Below, piece by piece: positions 19,394 through 32,098 of a stretch of DNA of 64,000 bases; within the stretch, counting starts at the first letter, position 1, and every line of letters starts with the position of its first letter. Location of the stretch: assembly GCA_036867785.1 (NCBI GenBank), contig CP145410.1:1674001-1738000 (forward strand), written 5' to 3'. The stretch comes from Plasmodiophora brassicae (lineage: Eukaryota). A program made the position numbers and the translations under genes. A model generated the notes under the pieces. That model was not told the DNA's origin. It searched no databases and worked only from the letters and a program-made list of their open reading frames with translations.

Positions 19394-22300
19394 TTACGCC
19401 GAGTTGGTCGACTTCACGAACGTGCGGGACGTGGGCCTGTTGGCGAACTTCTCCAACGCCAGCGCGGTGGCGCTGTCGACGCCGGCTTTGATGGCGTCGA
19501 GGCCCGAGCGACCTTTGTGGAGCTGAAGCAGGTGCGCTAACGCCGACTGCGCCGCCAGTGACACGGACGTGTTGCCGTCGCCGACCATGCCGACGAGGAC
19601 CTGAGCGCACGGGATCGCTGCGGAACGCGACTCGGAACGGCGTGCAACCTGCTCGACGCGGAACGCGAACTCGCGACGAACGTCGGCGTCGTGGTCGCGC
19701 GACAGGTCGATCATCGCCGACATGAGCATTGCGGAAGCGGGGACCTGCGATGCGACGAGCCCAGAGGCACAGTGCAGAGCGGCGCAGCGAACGGCCGCGT
19801 CCGAGTCCCGAAGTCGTTCCCGCGCGAGCTGTGTGGCGTCCTCGTTGTCGACCGATGCGCCCGACGCGATCATGAACGCAGCAGCGAGCGTCGCACCGTG
19901 CCTCCATTCCCAGCTCGCCGACAGGTCCGCCTGCGAGCACGCGTCGAACAGCGCATGGACGTGACCGTCCGGGACGATCACAGACAGAGCGCCACACGCG
20001 CGGGCGGCGACTTCCCGCGTTTCCTCATGATCCGCTTTCAACAGGTCCCGCAGCGAAACTTCGATAGGCGAGTACAGGTCAGCGCCGATGGATTTGCCAA
20101 CGGAGTCTAGCAGGCCCAGGAGCGCCTTGGCAAGAGTGCACGTCATCGACGCGGACGTCTCCGTTGACATCTGCCCGAGAAGCTCGTTGACAAGCGCGTC
20201 GACCTTGTTCGGGGCCAATGTCATCAACGAGGCCAGAGCGGCACCGGCGCTGTCGCGAACAGAAACGTCGGGGTCGCGCAGGTTCTTGACGAACGTGGCC
20301 TGAAGCTGGGGCACGAACGGCTTCATGGACGGCCCCGACTTCTTCAGCAGTAGACCGAGCGTCGTGAGGATGGCGGCCTTTACACCTGCAGGGAACCGAT
20401 CACCAACGATGCGGATCAGCGGGCCCGTGATCTTGATGACAAACGGACGCAGCGCCTCGGGCGTTGTGACCGAGACCAGGTCGCCTATGGTCGTGGCTGC
20501 CAGTTGACGCTGGGGAGCGAGGCCGTTCAGCAACCCGAACTGGCAGACGTTCAACAAAGGCGACAGGCCGTTCGCTACGCAAAGGCCAGGGACGGTGACG
20601 ACATCGGTCCGTGACTTGCGACCGCATTCACGACCAAGGCGCATGACCGTGTTGCGGATGAACGCGAGGTGTACCACCAGGTCCTCCTTAGCCGAAGCGA
20701 CCACCACAGAGGAAAGCGCCGACGTTGACGAAGACAACAACTCAGGATCGGTGCTGGAGAAGAGCGACAGCAGCGCGCCAAGCACCGATTCCAGTTCAGC
20801 GCTGTAATCGGCACTCGTACCCGAGGCATACGCCCCAAGAAGGGTTGCCGCTGTCAGCTTCCGCGCTTGAGAGCCGGACGATGTTTGTTTCCGCGTGTCA
20901 TCAATGACACCGCACAGCGATTGCACAAGTGAGTGCGTCGCGTCCGGATGAACGGCGAGAACGAACGTCGTTGCCGATGACATAAGCGTTTCGCGATCGC
21001 CTTCCGACCCGCTGTTTGACACGCCGTTGACGAACCAGGGAAGAATGCTAGCGATGTGCATGTCGATGCCAGGGCCGTATACGTCAGCCAATGACGCCAG
21101 GGCGCGCGCCGGGAACGGTGCAATGGGTTGCCCAACGAGAGCCGGGATCAGATGCTGCATGACAGGACCACTGCGAACAAGCAAGATCTGTGGCAGTGAA
21201 CATCATAAGATGACAGTTGGGGCTAAACCATCGCTGACAGTGCCTACCTGACGAAGGCCTGCAAGGACGCGCTGCGTCTCTACAGTGGAGGAACTTGCAT
21301 CCAGCAACTGCTGAACGAGTGGAGGGACGACGTCAGCAACGGCACGAGGGCCAATGTTGCGGAACAGCGTTTCAAAGGAGCGTGCCGCCGCTGACCGAAC
21401 CGTGTCGTTTTCATCGCATAGCGCAGAACGAATCGAGGGGACCAAATCGGCCATGAACCCAGTGATGTGGTCCTTGTTGGCGTTCAACATCACCTCTGAC
21501 ATACCCTGGCAGACACCTTGCCGAACGGACGCTTGCTTCGAGCGCAGGCCCTCCTGGAAGATGGGAATAATAACGGGGAGGACAATGTCGCCGCTTCGCT
21601 GAACCATAGCGCCAAGAGACCGTCCAGCGGATGCTCGACGTTCGGCATCATTGTCGGCAAGAGACGCAATTACATATTCCATGAGAACGGGCATGATTTC
21701 GCCCAACATCCGGTTCGAGTTCGAAACCATCGACTTCCAGACGAGCCATGCAGTCTGCTGGACGTTGTGGACAGAATCGGCCTGAACGATGAACAAGTTG
21801 GCGAAGATGCGGTCGCGCTGGTCGCGTCCAAGGGCGGACACGACCTTGGCCTCGTACTCGGGCTTGCGCTGATCGTCGATGTCGAATTCGATGTGGTCAT
21901 CCGCAACAATCGATACTTCGACGCCGGCAACGCGAGCAAGAACGTCACCGAGAAGAACACAGGAAAGCTCACGAACACGCCATGATTGAGACCGGAGGCC
22001 AGCCTGGAATATCTGAAGCAGGACCGAATAATGGCCAGGACCGTACAGCGTCACAATGGCTTTGCCAGCAGACAGAGCCATGGATCGAACGGACTCCTTT
22101 TCATCAGCAAGCCCGCACATAATACAGGGCATAATTTCGTCCAGGTTTGTCGCCAGCCCTTCGCCCATCGCATTGGGCAGATACACCCAGACTTCGAAGA
22201 ACGCTTCTCGAACGGTTGCCTCTGAATCTCGTGCAGCCTCGAGCATCCTCGGAAGATGGTCCCTAAGAGAGGCGAGTCCACGAGCAGTCAATACTTCAGC

Positions 22301-25300
22301 TAACCCCTACGAAATGGGATCAGGCGAAGCCATTAGTAACGTCAAAACAGACGCGAACCTGTGCACCACCGTTGCGCTCGACACTCGAACTATTTGATCG
22401 GAGGAGTTCAAACAGCCAATCTGCAATTGGCATTCGTTAGACAGTGAGGTCAGAACGGTTGTCGGGTTCCTACCGATAAGGTTAGGGAAGTGCCCCTCGC
22501 CAACGCCACGGAATAGAAGTCCAAGAGCGCGGGCACCAGCAGAGCGAACATCGGGAATAGGATCAACAAGGACGCGTTGGAGGTCTTCAAGCAGCACTTG
22601 AGTGTATGGTAAAGCCGCCGATATGTCGCGAAGAAATTCGCACATCGTGCCGGCAATCAACGCGGCCATCCGCTTGACGGTTGGAGAGCGATCTCGCAGA
22701 CCTCGGTTGAGAATCGGCACGATTAGAGCGAGAGACGGAGCGTCAACCGAATTGACAAAGGAGGTGTCCATCAGCTTCTGCAGTGCGTCGCGCGTATATA
22801 CAGATGGGTCAGTTAGAGCTTGCAGCAGCTGCGGTACCAGTTCTTGGATTTCAGGATTACGAATCTACATCTAGGTTAACGAAGGGTGACATCATAACAC
22901 CCGATGGACGTACAACTGCGCCGATGTCACGCAGCGCCGATTTCGCCGCTTCTTGGACTTTCGGATGCGGATCAGCCAACACTGACATCAGGCGCGGGAC
23001 GACCGTGGGGAGGAAAGCGCAGAGCTGCCTGGGTGCACAGAACGCCATCGCGCCCAGCATTCCAATAGATTCTAGTTTTGTCCTCCAGTGAATGTCGTCA
23101 AGAGCCTAAGTTGACGTTATCGATCTAGCCCAAATCAGCAGCAACGAAACGCGTCACCTTCAAGATCAGAGGCAGTATCATTTTAACACCAAACGCCGTA
23201 ATATTCGACATAATAGCTCGTGTAGCCTGTTTCGACGGTTGGTGTGGGTTGTGGAAAGCGAATAATAACGGAAGTCGTTACCTCCTGTGTTGCAATGCGA
23301 ACTTCTGAGACGGAATCCCCAAAGCACAGCAACAGGTCGGGTATCAGTTGCGCAAGGTATGGCTCGAAAAGCTTCCCAAGGGCTTCAAACAGGGCCTCGT
23401 ACGCAAACAAGGCACCTTGACGAGCGTGACCACGCTTCTCTTTGATCATTGCGTTCAGTGACGACAAAATTGAGTATCTATAAGACAGCACTCATGTGAG
23501 TACATACGCAAGATGTGAGAACATCCAGATTTGTGGAAACGAACTTTTTCACGCTGGCGATCTTCATGCCCTTGACAACCCCGGCAAGCCCAAGCGCGGC
23601 ACCTTTGCGATCACCGTAGGTTTCGCCATGGGAGAGACGGTCAAGAAGAAGGTTGACGGTATCTTGTCTCTGGGACTCACGTTTCAACATCGCCGAAAGC
23701 GGCGCCAGGCATTGGGCGACAGCCATCTGCACAGAGTACGACCTGCAGAAACCGGTTCAAAGACCAGGCAAACACTAGGTCACTGGCAAATCCATACGGT
23801 GTACGAAGCGCTTCGAGCAAGCGTTCAAAGACGGATAGTATTTGATCATCGTCGGTGTCGGGATTTAAATACTGAGCGATTCGACCGAGCAATACGATCG
23901 ATCCTTCACGAACTGCAGAAAACAGATAAGTCAAACTGCACTGCAAGTGGCTAGTACGAGCTGTTACCAAGGTCACTGTCTCGCTTGAGACCTGTGTCCA
24001 GGATCTCCTGTAGTTCACTGACGGTCGTTGCGCCACATTCACTTTCGACCGCAGCCAGGCCAGCTTTGAGACATCTATCCCAGACGGGACGTTTCGAATC
24101 CGACAAACCCTCTTCGACCATAAATCTGACGACATCCACTGTCTGGGATGGCGTAAAAACAGACGCCGCTGCACCAAGGGCTTGATATACAGCAGCGCGG
24201 GTCGCCGATCGATCAATTTCGCGAGGTTCGAGGTCAAACTGTGATTGGACCCATTGGTCAGGGTTGTCTCGAATAGTGTCGATCAGCGCCCTGAGATGCA
24301 TGTCACGATCGTTTGAGGGACATAATGTCAGGGCATGCCCGACTGCAACACCAGCGCATTCGCGGACCCATTCGACGGGATGTGACATTAGAGGGGACAG
24401 CTCCTGGACGACTTCAGGATCAAACGCAAACTCAAACTGAGACCATAAGCGCTGAGCATCATGCTGGAGTTTGACGTCGGCCCGATTCTCCTCGTCCGTC
24501 GCAAACGGGTTCCGCGTCAGCATGAAGAGAAGGGATGTCGTAGTTAATGATTGCGGAGACTCCAACAGCGACGACCGACCAAGGGCATCGAGGGCGATTT
24601 GGCGCGCGTATGATGATTTCGAAAGAATGCCGAGATCGCCCAGCAATGGTTGTAGGTGTTTCGAACGAGATAACCGGCCGCTAATTCCATGGACAACAAG
24701 GGGAGCCGAATAATCAGCCGAGTGAGCACCGTTAACAAGTTGCAAGACCAGGTTCAGAATCCGGTCAACCGGGATGTTGTCTTGGTGGGCGTGCCGAGAT
24801 AGTATTGATATGCACGGTTTCGAGGGAGGCGATGACAGGAGCATGGCTTCCAGAAGTGGCATAATGAAACGGATTGTCGCGCCATCGAAGAGGTCTGGCG
24901 AAGAAGAAAGCGCCAGCACCGCATCGTCAACGGTCTTGCGCAAAGGAGAGGTCGGAAGGGCGACATCAGGTCCGACTTCTGCCGCAGCGGCGACAGCAAA
25001 CGCAATCAAGTCTGACGACTTGCGCAAACGAGGATCCAGGCCTCCGTTGGCACCCAAGGCTGACAGCGTTTGGCGGACAGAGACAGCAAGTGGCGAGAAG
25101 CGAGCCAACGCCCAAACACCTTCGAGCAGAGCGGAGTGCTGTTCCGACAATACTCGATGGGAAACGAGTTGCGGCAGTTCCATACGCGTGCACAGCAACC
25201 GCAGGCCCTGAAGAACGCGAATATAGGGCTGCAGGACGGACCGCAATCGAGCTCTGATGCCATCCTGCCGCTCAATTTCAGCTGCAAGGTTGCGTTCCGC

Positions 25301-27655
25301 GTTGTCAGATCCCTGAACCCAGCAAGTTAACCAAGACATCCAGTGAATGATGTGTGTATACCGCACGCACCTCCGTTTCCGCCCGACGTCGCTCTTCAAT
25401 TTCGGCTTGAACTTTGGCGGCCCATTCCTCATCCGTTAGAGACTTTTTCTGCGACGTTCTCGGTTTTGGCTTTGAGCTGCCGTCGGTGGCGTCATCGACT
25501 CGAGCGACCTACGAAAACGTAAGTGAGCGGAGTGGACCTTGAGTCCAAACGGGAACCTACACGTCCGTCGGGGACAGAATATATGACGAGATCGGTGGGC
25601 GTAATGCTCGAAATTTCCCCCGACCCTATAACGGACGACATTCTCTGCAGGATCGCACCAATCGCACCACATCCCGTTGATGCCAGTGTCGCAACGCTCT
25701 CGGTCGTCGCAACTGCACCTTCAAACGCATTGTCATCAGCGCTTAATAGGCACCGGGGCGACACCATGAGTTCGGAAAGATTGTCGGCGTACTGGTTGAA
25801 AATATCGGTAAACGAGATTGCTGGTGACAGAACGCGACGAATATATGTCCACAGGGTCGACCTTCGTTGTGATCGGTTCGAGGCAATTAGCAATGGGTGA
25901 TGTGCGAGGAGGGCGATGCGAAGAACCAGATCGCGCGATAGAGAAGGGTCGGCAGTCCCTTGCACAGCTCGGCGAAGAGCCGCAGACAGGGCAAACGGGG
26001 ACAGCATATGCAAAGGAATCGGCGCTTCGCGCTCATCATGATACAGCATGTCAAACATCGCGTCGATGAAATGGGGTTTCGCCCACGATGCATCTTGTAC
26101 CGCTGAAAACGCAGCCGAAGAGACGGAGCGCATATCTCGAACAGCCATTAGGCAAACGGAAGCGGGGAACAGGGCAGGGAATTTCTGAGCTGCGTCGGGG
26201 CCACGGCCAAGTATTCGTGAAACGATACTGCAAAGAATGACGCCATCGCGTTCCGATTGCCCTTGGATTGACGAAGGCGCCCACGCGAAAGACGTGTCAG
26301 GAGGCGCAATGTCGAGGTGAACAAGGACAGCGAGAGCGGCAAGACCGGGAGACCGCAAGTGAGACTTGGAGCACGCGTCACCAACGAGTTTTAGCAAGCA
26401 TGATCTTAAGACCGCAGAGCCGCACTTTCCAGGATGCCATTGGGCCACCGATGATAACACGACAAGGTACCCGGTGACGATCTCGGGCTTGCTTTCAACT
26501 TGCTTTAGGAATGAAGACTCAGTCCACGATGCAATCGCGTCCGCATTGTCCACGAGGGAAACAAAGCAGGCCAGAGTGTCAAGTACTTCCAGGCGTCCAT
26601 CTTCGTTCGTTTCACGTTTCGCTTGCTCGAAGAGAATGTTTGCAATTGCAGGTGCAGCGTTCCTGGCATGCGGCGAGGTGTACAATGTCTTGAGCGATAC
26701 GGCGAGTGCGATGCGCTCATGCACGCTGGAGACGGCGCCGTCGCGAGCACCACTGAGGTGCGCGTCAATCTCTTTCGCGATGTCAATGAGGACAGAAGGT
26801 GATCGGGCGCGCTGCGCAAACAGAGCGATAGTCCTGCTGCAGACGTCATGGCGATCTTGAATTCGAAGACCAGCGCATAACGGCCGGAGCAACAGTGCTA
26901 GGTAGCTGTCAATGTCGATCGTCATGCCCGACAAGAGCGCAGACGCAATATGCAGGGTCGGGCCCTGTGATCGTTTCAGCCAGCGATCCAGTACAGGTAC
27001 GACCGCCTCCGTCATGTCGGATGGCGTCAGCGCAGCGAACAACGGAGCAAACCCATCTGCATAAATCGTTGCAGGCGGCTTCGTCTTTGCGCCAACGACG
27101 TCGTTCAGGTAGATCTGAAGAACAGCGGCCTTGTGCTCTGGGAGGAACGGTGCGAACCGTAACAACGCACACAACGCCACAAACGACGCCTGCTGCTCTT
27201 TCAAAACGAGGTCTGCGTACAGTGGCATCCAGGAGCGGTTTTCTGGTGCCATGTCAGAGGATTCTGAATCTGGTAGTTGAAATGCGAAAGCGCTTACTCG
27301 TGAGAAGCTGTGCGACCGTATGCGAACACGACCGGATGAATTTCGGATGCGTTAGTCGATTGAGGACATCAACGTGCGCAGCGACGAGCTTCTTGGCCAC
27401 GCCACTGTCCACCCAGTGGGTCGTCGCCCCATGCCAGAGCAGGGCGAACAGGAACCGCGCGATCCCCGACGTGATCGAATCGGGGCACCGCTTGTGCTCG
27501 GCGGCAAACCGCGTGATGGCGGCGACGGCTTCCGTCGCCGCCGACGCGTCCAGCACAGCGATCACGGCCCGCGCCCGCGCGTCCACAATGGCACGACCCG
27601 ACGCCAGCAGGCGCGTGTCCAGCGCCGCCGCCAGCTCGACCGGTATCGACGCCAT
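19394..27655 (-). CDS. GCN1: eIF2-alpha kinase activator GCN1, HEAT-repeat protein, multi-exon
   Basis: GAALGLAGVVKG, LGKLFEPY, LGAMAFCAPRQL, DAPSLALIVPIL.RGL, VIKITGPLIRI.GDRF, KPFVPQLQATF. Confidence 0.95.
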
Positions 27656-27972
27656 GCCCCGCGCGTCGCTTCCCCAGACGGGCCCGGATTGAATTCTAAT
27701 GCAGTCTACCCGACTCCGGAACAGATCGCGGACAAATGTGCAGACAGTGCAGCGCACCTGACGGCAGCTCCCCACCTGCAGCTTCGCACTGCAGGTGACG
27801 AAGTCTTTCAGTGCCCGGGTCCCCTGGTCCAACGCTGCGCTCGTAGCCAACCTCCGCGCTGACGCACGTGCCACGTCCTGGCTCAACTGTGAGGGCGTGC
27901 GCGTGCCTGAAGGGCACAGGCGCAAGTCCCTGCCTTGATGGGAGGTTGGTTCATTATCGAAAGCGTGGCATA

Positions 27973-28640
27973 ATGCTGAGCGCGGTGCACGTTTCCGTCG
28001 TAGTTAGCGTCTTCGTGTCGCAGGCGTGGTCGGATGGCCTGTATGCGAAGCTCACGAGTGGGCCCCCTCGCGCCGACGGCCGCTGTGGGCCGTTCTTTGG
28101 TACGGTGCCGATGTCGTTCGAGACGCTGGCTGACGAGACGACGAAGGGAACGCGGGCTGCTGGCCGTCGAATCACTGCTCCGACTACGGCTGGTGCCTGC
28201 TGATTGCTAAGAACCCGGGTGCCGCGAACTGGACGGGACCGTTCCACTGGGCGGAAGGGCCGTTGTGCAGCGACAGCACCCAGTGTGAGGCGGCGGCGCC
28301 CAGCGGCATCCCGCCCACATCCATGTGCTGCGACCTGCGACACGCCCACTTCCACGACCATTACTGCGCCTACATGTACAGCAACGAGAACGGATGTGTC
28401 GATGGAGGACCCAACTACAATGACGGACCTGTCGCGACAGGCCCAGGCGGCCAAACGAACGACCTACCGGCATCGGCATCTCTGCCTGGCTCGCCACCGT
28501 CGGGGCAATCTGCAACCGGTTCGTCACACGGGGCGCCCAGTCCAACACCCTCTCCGTCGTCGCACGCCATCCCCAAACCGACAACGGTACCCTTTGCCGC
28601 CGTCATCATCCCCTTTGTTGCAGGCCTCGCGTTCCTGTAG
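27973..28640 (+). CDS. Secreted, probably GPI-anchored Cys-rich protein with a hevein/CBM18-like chitin-binding module (2 exons)
   Basis: Signal-like N-terminus; removing intron 28100-28146 gives DGRCGPFFGNAGCWPSNHCSDYGWC; Ser/Pro/Thr stalk and hydrophobic C-terminal tail. Confidence 0.75.
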
Positions 28641-28758
28641 ACTGAATAAATGCTGGGCTCCTGTGTCAGTACACGCCAGACGCGCCTGCTACTGTCGGCG
28701 ATCGGCTCGTCCCCCACTTGTTGCGGTGTGCAGTCCCGCAACGCGATCGACACTGGTG

Positions 28759-29757
28759 ATGTCGCGTGCGGTGGAGAACATGGCGCGGGAGCTGGAGGGC
28801 GTTCGGCGACGCGCCAATGACGGTACGGTAGCGCCGCTGGCGGGGCGATACGTCGACGTCTGATGTGGGAGGCGCTGCCGTCAGTGGCTCGGGAAATCGA
28901 GCTGCTCGTGGTGCAGCGGGCGAAGCTGGCTCACCCGGATGACATGACAATGCCGGTGGCCCCGAGCTCGTCGGGTCTGTGCAGTCGGTTCCCTGCGAGT
29001 GCCGCGTCCTAATTTACACACACAATGTGGCAGCTATCGAGGCCAAGCGCCTTCGCGAACAAATCCGACGTGTGCAAGAAGAGACTCGAGGGGTTCGTGA
29101 CCGTCAGCGAACGATCGAGCACGGAATGTTTGCCGTCTTTGGACAGCAGAATGACTCATAGGGGCTTACAGGGAACGATTCGAGACTCATTCGGCGATCA
29201 TATCTGCCTATGTTCAACACGTCCGCGATCAAATGCTGGCCGAAATGAAGGCTGACGGTATTCGTGAGAAACGGGACAGCCTGGAACGTAATGCATGCGC
29301 CTGAATCTCATACGCTTCTCCTGACTTCCGAGTCGCAGGCTGTCTGATCCAGGCGCGCGCCGAGCTGGCTGAGATTCGTTCGAGACAGGCTGATCTGCAT
29401 CGGCAAGCTGAGGAGAAACAGGCCCAGGAACGAGAGCGTGAGCAAGTTTCCCGGTCGGTTCGTGAACTCATCCAGTCAGCACACGACTGGAAGCAACAGC
29501 GTAATCGTCTCAAGATCGCAACCAACCAGCGGAACGCCCTCGCCAAGCGGGTTCTGGCAGTAACGAAGAACCAACCAGATACAGATGTACCAACGGAAAC
29601 TGAGAAACCAAAGAGCCAGCACAGGGCAGTCGGAAAGAGGAAGACGCCGACAGGGTATTGTACGAGTTCATCCGCTGTGCGTCAACAGCGCCCTTGCAAG
29701 CAGCCATCGAACCCCCTTCCTGCTCCATGCGGCGAATCGGCAATGTTCTTTGACTAG
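28759..29757 (+). CDS. Hypothetical coiled-coil protein, multi-exon
   Basis: Manual splicing joins E/R/Q-rich helical exons (IEAKRLREQIRRVQEE, QARAELAEIRSRQ) through to TAG at 29755. Confidence 0.55.
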
Positions 29758-29817
29758 CGTACACGAAGCAAACGGATCAGATTACTAAACATACGAGTTT
29801 GTACCAGATAGTGCCTG

Positions 29818-31589
29818 TTATGACGCGCCCGGTGGAGGCTGCGAAGCGCTACCACTGACGACGGCGGGTACAGCAACGGCTTGCGCGGGATCAGGGTTAG
29901 GAACCTGTTCCACAGGAACCGTCTGGATCAAACCAGTGTCGGCCGTTTCCCGTTTCACAACCGGTAACTGAGAAGCCAGACTTGACGCCTTGGCCTTGGG
30001 AATGGAAGGTCTCGACGAGCCTGGTGGTTTTGAACTTGAAGGAGGACGGGATGATGACCCAGACCCGCTGACGGATGGTCGGGAGCCAGAGGGCGGTGGG
30101 TTCTTTGGTTTCGCCGGCGCCTGACGCTGAGCGGCTTCCAGGTCTGCCCGAAGTTGGCTCGTCTCGGCGTCTTTACGCGCAACGTATCGCTGGAGATTGA
30201 ACAACGTCAGGTAATCGACCCGAAGGCGGTCGTACATATCGCCTGCGACAAGCAATCATTAACGCCACACGTGGAGGTAGAGGCGACGAGACTTACAAAC
30301 AAGACCGGTGGGGGTCGTGAACGTGTTCGGCTGCAGACCGATATCTTCAAGTTCCTGCTCGAGCTGCTTCTGTAGACGAACGTTCACGATGGTCGGCACC
30401 GTGGGCGGTTGTGCGGACCGCAGGTAGACGCCAGAGTGCGGCGGCTTGAACGCATTCACGATGACGATGTGGTCAGGCAGGCCAGAAAACGGGTTCTCCT
30501 TTTGTTCCTCTTCGGTAGGCGGCTAGGAGCACGGTCAGAAGTTGCCCTACGCAAGTGGAGACAAACGACGGACGCGAGTGCTGCGACGCTTGACGACTCC
30601 ATCGACGACAGCGTTGGACATCTTGTCAATTGCCTTCTGTACCTTGACAACACGACGTGCCTCACTGTTCTCGCGTTTCCGCTTCCGGATCGTCTGTTCA
30701 ATGGTGCGGTGTTCAAGAACCAGGCGCGCCACTTCCCTTTCGCCCTCCAGCGTCCTCTTGAACAGCAACTCCAGTTGAGCTGGACGAACCTACATCAGCC
30801 AGTGAAGTGCATACTGGGGACAACGTCACAAACCTTTGCGGTTCAGTTCATACGCCACATCAAAGTCCTCAACGGCGGACGGGTTTTCAGTACCCGGCGC
30901 ACTTCGAGCTTTGGCGAGTCCAGACTGGATTTCATAGAACCCTGGGAGGATGGTAAGCACTGTGACAGCGTACGCCATCACAGGGCGCCGTTACGAAATT
31001 TGATCTGCTCCAGCGTCTTTGAATGCTGGGGCGGGAAACGGTCTTTGACAATAATGAAGCGGCGGTCGAACTTTTCGGTCAGGTCGAGCAACAGGTCCGT
31101 TTCTTCTCTCGTCCACTCATCCGTCGCAAACAGCCGCGTGTACTCGTCGTCTGTATACCTGCACGCTGATGAGAAACGCCCACAGGAACAATCGTATGGC
31201 AATTCGGACCTTTCAACGACGAATTTGCCTTCGACTCGGGCGAACCCCACCCCTGGAGAACGTAAGGGTGTCCAATGCTTGATTCCGTTGGGTCCATCTA
31301 GTTTCCATCGTTTCGTAGGCATCATGTCTCTTCTAAATGGATATCGAGGAGCAATTGCGACTGCCAATCGCCATGTCATGTGCGAACACTGCAAATATAT
31401 CGATAACGACGGCTTACCAGCAGGGAACGTTGCCATTGGGCGCCGTGGCGCCCCCGATGACGAATTCATGCGCGACCTCTTTCGATTCTTCTTCCCCTTC
31501 GACGCTGCGGCATCGCCCTCGACGGGCGGTGGCGACGCCTCCCGTGCTGCATCGACAGGCGCCGCCACGTCCACCACGGACTCCGCCAT
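29818..31589 (-). CDS. DMAP1: DMAP1/SWC4/EAF2 SANT-domain subunit of NuA4/SWR1
   Basis: YTDDEY...WTREETDLLLDLTEKFDRRFIIVKDRF; later GVYLRS and PT..VC..YD.LR motifs. Confidence 0.9.
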
Positions 31590-31847
31590 GACTATGTCGT
31601 TGTGTCGGGCCGGCCGCACTCGGCCGTGCAGCCGGCCCGACCCGCCCCCCATCGTACAATACTATTTTTATTCTGGGCACCCCCGGCATGGCCCGCATGC
31701 AGTCCAGTATACAGCGCGATGACAGTGCCGGGGAGAGTGCAGCTCGGAACTTGCGGGCAGCGGCGTCTCCACGACGGATGACTGCAGCCCCGGAGTATAT
31801 TTCCCCGTCGGGAAGTTGCGCCACTGCGGCGTGCAGCGACGGAAGGG

Positions 31848-32098
31848 CAGTTGGCGGCCATGAATGACGAATTGGGTACGCGCGGCGCAGCCGATGCCGC
31901 TTTGAAGGACGGCCAGACTGTTGGAGAGGTAGCGGCGCCGGCCATTTCTGATGCTGGCGAGCTGCGGCGTCCAACGACGGAAACGCAGTTGGCGGTCATG
32001 ACGGGGCAATTGGGTACCCGCGGCTCAGCCGGTGTCGCCGTGAAGGACGACCAGATTGTTGGAGAGGCAGCGGCACCGGCCATGTCTGATCCTGACGA
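31848..32098 (+). repeat. Imperfect direct duplication with a 138-bp period at the 5' end of the zinc-knuckle gene
   Basis: cagttggcggccatg...tctgatgctggcga (from 31848) vs cagttggcggtcatg...tctgatcctgacga (from 31986). Confidence 0.85.

Noticed and set aside
29119-29171. Possible GC-AG intron (GA/GCACGG donor) in the coiled-coil gene
   Set aside because: A canonical GT donor at 29128 gives the same frame, so it cannot be decided without RNA-seq.
30409-31722. 437-aa plus-strand ORF
   Set aside because: Lies antisense to DMAP1 exons and has no recognisable features.
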